From: Entomortierella parvispora E1425
Taxonomy: Eukaryota > Fungi > Mortierellomycota
NCBI GenBank assembly: GCA_020891255.1
Contig: BQFW01000004.1
Coordinates: 620,001 to 684,000, forward strand
Reading direction: 5' to 3'
DNA length: 64,000 nt
This document shows positions 58,480 to 64,000 of this stretch, piece by piece. The notes beneath the pieces were generated by a model, which was not told where the DNA came from, ran no database searches, and saw only the letters and a program-made list of their open reading frames with translations. How positions within the stretch are numbered: the first letter of the stretch is position 1; the number at the start of each line of letters is the position of its first letter. Position numbers and translations under genes: made by a program.

Positions 58480-58912
58480 CTGAGGTAGTGAACTGGGGGT
58501 GGCAGTGGATAACAGTCTTCTACTCTTTTCGGCTCCAACTGAGTTTTTTTTTTTCTTTGACCAGGGGATGGGCCGACTGCACTGAAAAAAAAAAGAGGTA
58601 GAGAGACCTTTACTCGTCAAAGACAACCCTTTTGGCCAGGTCAGTTGAAAAGAGAAAACTGGCAGAGTTGGAAAAAGTCAACCGTTGCAGTCCTGTCGGT
58701 GGGTCCACAAGGTCAACTGGGCACTTGACCCGACCCAGTTGACCAGGCAACCGAACAACAGGCAACCGAACAACAAAGCAATTGTCAAAGGTATCAGAAT
58801 GTGGCAGATGGACCCAGGTGGACTTGGGTGGACCAGGAAAAGCTCTGGAAGTGTGCTGTTGAAGAGGTAGTGATGAACAAGGAGTGGTGGTGCTGGTGGT
58901 GGGGCACCTTGC
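57991..58912. repeat. Right arm, outer part, of large inverted repeat
   Basis: Reverse complement of 45661-46380 with substitutions and an extra ~190-bp block (~58480-58688). Confidence 0.9.
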
Positions 58913-58970
58913 TGCAAAAAAAAAAAAAAAAAAGGTCGTCACCCCGTGACCCATATCGCTTAGTCACGTG

Positions 58971-59612
58971 TCATCGCGTCGTCGCGAAATTTTCGCCAAT
59001 GACTGGGGCAACATTTGAGATATGAACATGAAGGACTGGAGCAGCAGGAAAAGGAGCGGGAGGACACACTCCTTGGAGTGCATTCTGAGCGATTTCTAGA
59101 TCCATCTGGGCCCGGGTGAGTTCATTCTTGAACTGGCCAAGAGGTTCATTAAACTGAAGGCGGAGAGTTTCATGCTCAACAACCGGAAGAGTGGACAGCA
59201 ACTCCTTCAGCTTGAGAATGAAAGCGGCTTGTTTTAGGGCGATCAATGTGGCAATGTCTTTTTTGATTTGAACGGGTATTCGCATTTGTGCAAACAGATC
59301 GACAGGCTTGTCAATATCCATCTCCATGGTTTGCTGATCACACATGAGATCATTCAGGGATACGGCTATGGACCGAGGGAGTTGAATCACCTGGGGTAGC
59401 TGATCAGAAGCGGGCTGTTGAACAGAAGTGGATGGTATCACGGCTGCAGGAGTAACTGTAGTATTTGCGGGACTTTGGCTTGCGCCTTCGTCGATGGTAG
59501 TCTCGGCTGGAGCAATTGCAGCAAAAGTTCCAGAGGGACCAGCTTCCGTGTTTTTAGGCACGGGAGCAGGAGTGGAAGGAGCTTTTGACGCGTTCCTTGT
59601 TCCAACAACCAT
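58971..59612 (-). CDS. Hypothetical 213-aa ORF (Pro/Ala/Thr-rich then helical), possibly a truncated retroelement ORF1/Gag-like N-terminus
   Basis: Uninterrupted ATG ORF that stops ~60 nt from the end of the inverted arm. No diagnostic motif is visible. Confidence 0.45.
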   Translation of the reverse strand: MVVGTRNASKAPSTPAPVPKNTEAGPSGTFAAIAPAETTIDEGASQSPANTTVTPAAVIPSTSVQQPASDQLPQVIQLPRSIAVSLNDLMCDQQTMEMDIDKPVDLFAQMRIPVQIKKDIATLIALKQAAFILKLKELLSTLPVVEHETLRLQFNEPLGQFKNELTRAQMDLEIAQNALQGVCPPAPFPAAPVLHVHISNVAPVIGENFATTR

Positions 59613-59774
59613 GATGTAACAAAGGAATGCTTCTGAAGGAAAGTAGCGGTAGTTGGGGGAGGAGGGGGCGATAAAGGTATTTCCACGTTAAGAAAGCCGG
59701 TTAGGGGTTACAATGAGGGAACTGTATGAGTAACGGGTTGTATTTCAAGTTCCTATGGAGAGCTGGCTTTAATC

Positions 59775-60125
59775 CTATATCCAATATAGATTACCACTGC
59801 ACTTTTTTCCGGCATTCTGGAGTCCACTGACGGTGCAGTCATTCTCTTGCACTGTACTGAAGTAGCAAACACACAAGGATTGCGAGTTCGAAGCCGAAGA
59901 AGCTATCTTCCTAACGTAACTTGTGGCTCCAGCACATGTGGTAGGGCAGCTGTTGAACAGATCCTGCCAACTCTTGTAATAGCAGTTGCATCCATCTCGA
60001 ATTCCAAAGACCTCAACCTGAGCAACAGACATGCTGGCAAGAGAGCTCAAGAGTGACGGCAATAAAAATGACACTGCCGCGCATCTTGTGGAGGAGTGGT
60101 AGCTAATAAGAAAGTAAAATATCAA
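59775..60125 (-). CDS. Small Cys-rich, probably secreted protein
   Basis: 116-codon ORF with a hydrophobic N-terminal segment (AAVSFLLPSLLSSLASMSVA) and 8 Cys downstream (CNC, CPTTC, CVC, C, C). The true start may be on an upstream exon. Confidence 0.45.
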   Translation of the reverse strand: MIFYFLISYHSSTRCAAVSFLLPSLLSSLASMSVAQVEVFGIRDGCNCYYKSWQDLFNSCPTTCAGATSYVRKIASSASNSQSLCVCYFSTVQENDCTVSGLQNAGKKCSGNLYWI

Positions 60126-60474
60126 TACATAAATGTATCACTGTCAATTTCAAAGAATACAATGCTCCTCAAGGGTCTAAACCAGAATCCTTACTATAGT
60201 GGATATAGATGTGGGAGGTCGGATGTGTTGATAATGCTGTTGTAAGGTAGCGAAGGGAATAAGGGCTTATCTCTGGTGGGGTGATGCTTTCCAGAATGAA
60301 AATTGAGCTTGCTTATATAGTAAAGATAATAATCGGGATTTCGTGGCGTTACAACGTACATGAATTTGGTGGAGACACGGAGGTCAGGAGTATGTGCCTC
60401 TCTTCTGGCTTTATTCAAGGATGAAATGGAGGGAAAGAAAACAAGAAAAAAAATACAAGCAAAAGGACCAAAAA

Positions 60475-60550
60475 AGATGCCAGGGGAGAAAAGGGAAAAG
60501 AGATGCCCGGGAGAAAAGGAAAAAGAGATGCCAGGGGAGAAAAGTAAAAA
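60475..60550. repeat. 25-26 bp tandem repeat x3 (AGATGCCAGGGGAGAAAA..)
   Basis: Units start at 60475, 60501 and 60526 in a purine-rich intergenic tract. Confidence 0.8.
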
Positions 60551-62089
60551 AGCCTCAACGGACATATAAAAAAGGCGGGAGGGACAAGATGCTGGAGAGA
60601 GATGGCGAGAAAAGGTGGCGAGAAAAGGTGGAGCACCAAAAAAAATACCGAAAAACTTGGAAACGCAGGGAGAAAAAAAAAAAAGGTCAGAAAAGCAGGG
60701 GAGACATGATGAGAATGCCCAAAAAAATAGGTGGGACGCCGAAATGGGGGAACTAAAATTGTCAAGGGGTGCAAAAAGTGGGATAACTGGCAAACGGCAC
60801 CCAAGCGTTCACAGCGACGGTTCATTTTGATCCTTCAGCAACTCTAATTATACCACGGAATAGTTCAGTTACCACTGGTCCAAGGTTCGAAGAACTTTCA
60901 ACAGAGATTGGAAAAAAAGGGCAGGGAGAAGAAGGCAAGTAAAAGAAAACCCAAATCTTGGACCCTCGAAAAAAAAAAAAAAAAAAAAAATCTCTGCAAC
61001 CACAGTCGCAGGGAGAGGCGCCTCAGGTTCCATGAGCGAATCTCTGTCAGAAAGTGGTGAGCGGTGCGTGGTCGATATAGCGACTGATAACTACTGCAAG
61101 CCAATCAAGCTTTGAATGGGTGTTGAAGCAGTAGTTGTGCTGGCGAGCGAGTGGATTTTAAAAAGTGCGAGGGTGGCCCTGGTCGACGCTTAAAGATGGA
61201 TAAAGCGATAATGAGAGTGTGGACATAGTTGCGAGCAGGGTTCCAAGGACAAGGCCTTGTTGTTATCAGGGTGTGATAGATAGTCCATCCGACACTGCAC
61301 TTGGAAGACTCACAATGGGTCACCATCATCATTTTCGTTAGATAGCTTAAAAACAATGGGTACGGACAAGTTTTGAAAAGATGTAAAACTGACAGTGGCG
61401 GCATTTACGGAGGCAACAGCTCTTCACAACCGAGGCAAAGGTCCAAAGTACCTTGGGTCAATTGACGTTGGGGATTGAAAAAATAGAGTAGATAGTTCAA
61501 GCAGTGCGATGTGGAGGCAATAGTGATAATGGGAGATCATGGTTCGGTAGGAATGGGCGGAGGATTGGTCTCTTTGCCGTTACAGGCAATAGCTTTCCCA
61601 CAGCCGGGGGCCTTGGGTCAATGGAGGTTCCGGGAGGAAGAATTAAAAAGATAAAATAGGTGGGCTCGAGTCGAGTCTGGTCGACAAGGAGGCCAGGTCA
61701 AGAGAATAAAAGATTGTCCGCAAAGGTGCTCTAGGATCGACGAATAGGCACAGGATGAGTGTACCAAAAAGACAAAGACGGGAGAGCAATGGAGAAAGGA
61801 GAGTGGAAGTAGAGAGAGGTACATGGGAGAGGGAGAAGGAGAGAATAAAAAAAAAAAATGTCCCACAGAAAGCTTTTTTTTTTTTTTTTGGGCTGACGGG
61901 GCACATTCATTCATGGCTTCATCCTTCTCGTCTGTTCATCACCGTTGTCTCCACTCTCCATCTACCCTTACCCTTGACCCTAGGGGCACTCTTTGAACGT
62001 TTTGTTCCTGTCCGTTCTGAACTACGACAACAACGCAAAGCAATACTGTAGGAAAAAAAAAAAAAAAAAAAAAAAAAACAACACACGAG

Positions 62090-64000
62090 ATGGAGCTCGT
62101 CTTTGACGTGGACGACTTTGAGGGCAGGTCCTCCTCCGACATCATCACCACCTCCATCCCGGTCCTTCCGCCAGACCTGCTTCTTCACTGTCTGAAATAC
62201 CTCCCCGTCTCTTCTCTTCCTGCTGTCGCGCAGGCATGTCGGCGACTCAAAGTGATTGTGTACAGCGATGAACTCTGGCAGTCAAAACTTCAGGCCATGG
62301 GCTATGGCTTTGGTGGAAGAAATGTCAAAAGGGGCGGCAACCAGGGTGGGGTTGGTGGTGAAAGTCTGCTGGACAGTCCCATCGATGCCTTGCCAAGGTT
62401 CCCTGTCCACGGTGCCAACCTCTCGGAAATGACTCGCAAACGGATATCGGCCAACACAGCAGAGGCCTACAAGGGAGCGAATGGTCAGCCCAGGGACAGT
62501 CTGTCAAACTTGTCTGATGACGGGTACCGGTCCGATTCTTCAGAGATGACAAAGGTGACCAACAGGATTCAGATCCCAGGATTGCCGGGGGATCCTTATT
62601 CCATGATCCAGGGCCGGAAAGCAAATCAGGGCTCTAGGGATCAGTTCAAGGCGATCTACATGGAATTATGGCCGTATTATGTGGATTTCCGTCAGGCCAA
62701 CAAGGACAGCAAGGTCATCCAAGAGTTTGGGAAATCAGTCTTGGATGTAGCGAGGATGTTGGCTCGACTCTTGGCCTTTTCCAAAGCCCATCTCGCCGTG
62801 GACTCAGATCAGGTAACATAAAAAAAAGGGCAGCCGGAACCCCTCTTCCCTCCTTTTTGTTGTTGTTGTTGTTGTTGATGTGCTACCCAACACCTCCTGC
62901 AGGTGGGACTGAACACGCGATTTTCTTGACCCAAATAGATCAACGAAAACCTGCAGGGAACCTGCGAGTACTTTGAGAACCGGTGTTTGCATCTCTTTGA
63001 AGTCGCGTATGATTCACGCGATATTGCCGAAATGTCGGTAAGGAGTACTAGCATGGATCGGTTGTTTTGATTTGCAGTGTCGTGATGCTGACAGGTGTCT
63101 TCATTTTTCATTGCTAGAAATTTGCGGGCGTACTGCTGGACTTGAACGGGGCTGTGGCATGTATCCAAATCTTTATTCAAAAGAATGGCATCTTTTTCGA
63201 CAACAACTATGAGCCAGGCGAGAACTTGAAGTATGTGTGAGCAAAAGCAGAAATGAGTGCAAGAGAACGAGCCTTCAACAGTCTTAAAAGACCGCAACAA
63301 CAACAAAGAGTCTCACCCTCAGTCAACATCCTTTCCACCCATAGACAATACGAACTTTGGCTGTCGCAACCGGTGGTCGTGCGTGAGAACACTGCATTCC
63401 CAGAGTTTTCACCCCTACGGCTCTTTATGGAGTTTACAGAGATGGAGTTTCAAAAGCAAGGAATCATCATCCACGACGTCTTTCCAGAAGAGGCCGACGT
63501 CCTGTACAGTTTTGCAGAGCGCGTTTTTGAGGATGTCATTTCGGAATATTGTTCTCAACTCTTTGAGCTGTGTAGCATGCGGGACAAATTATTGTACCTA
63601 AAATCAGTCCCCACCGCCTATCGGTACTTGGAGCATCTGGAGACGGTGATCGCGACCATGGAACCACTCAACTTGCCAAAGTACAGGATTGAAAAGTTGC
63701 TGGCCCGAGTCTTTGCGCCTTGGCTGGAACAATATCTAAAGCAGGAACTGGACTGGGTGCAAAAGTCTTGCAAGGATCAAATTGATAAATACGATCGAGC
63801 TGTAAGAAGGATTTCCACACCCGATATCGTCTGGAAAGGAAAAAAAGACCTCAATGCTGAACAAGAGATTTTTTATTTTGTCTTGTTTTAAAAACACCTA
63901 CAGCGCAACAACAGGCATCAGGAACCCAAGCGAATGAATCCACGGAACAGAGAAGTGTTCAAGCGCAACTTTTTAAAGGGATTCCGGAACGTTATTACAC
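62090..64000 (+). CDS. RCY1: F-box protein Rcy1/recyclin-like (F-box + Sec10-like helical region), 3' end outside window
   Basis: Exons 62090-62812, 62939-63037, 63118-63230, 63282-63801, 63904->64000, all in frame. F-box LPPDLLLHCLKYLPVSSLPAVAQACRRL..W, then IFIQKNGIF, DVFPEEADVLYSFAERVFEDVISEY, and FKRNFLKGFRNVI. Confidence 0.85.

Noticed and set aside
59613-59830. LTR and primer-binding site upstream of the 58971-59612 ORF
   Set aside because: No TG..CA direct repeat pair and no clear tRNA-complementary PBS were found.

Overview
Eukaryotic, intron-containing fungal genomic DNA. The poly-A/T and GA tracts, short GT-AG introns and an RNI-type LRR gene suggest Mortierellaceae (Mucoromycota), but this taxonomic call is inference. 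1-4843: a 5'-truncated, six-exon gene that splices by hand into one open frame of at least 1467 codons and ends in a complete TnpB/Fanzor-type RuvC + zinc-finger module (D..E..D triad intact). A candidate multi-branched RNA fold lies just downstream (4955-5075). 5.5-40.3 kb: mostly housekeeping genes (BNA1/HAAO, LRR protein, RRP12, DUO1, PX-BAR sorting nexin, alpha-arrestin, secreted Cys/His-rich protein, RhoGAP-like protein, pepsin-like protease). 41.3-59 kb: a transposon nest around three tRNA genes, made up of nested and inverted non-LTR retrotransposon pieces with TSDs, a ~700 bp MITE, and a ~13 kb structure bounded by ~1.5 kb inverted arms. Each arm carries tRNA-Gln(TTG), and the arms flank an intronless 979-aa ORF with GIY-YIG-like and UDG-fold-like motifs. 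The right arm is interrupted by a 4.6 kb MULE carrying a transposase remnant, a 280-bp tandem array, a cargo ORF and a LINE fragment. The window ends inside an RCY1-like F-box gene. Splice models were derived by eye from GT/GC-AG sites and frame continuity. No database searches or folding programs were run. Several single-base frameshifts at homopolymers look like sequencing errors.
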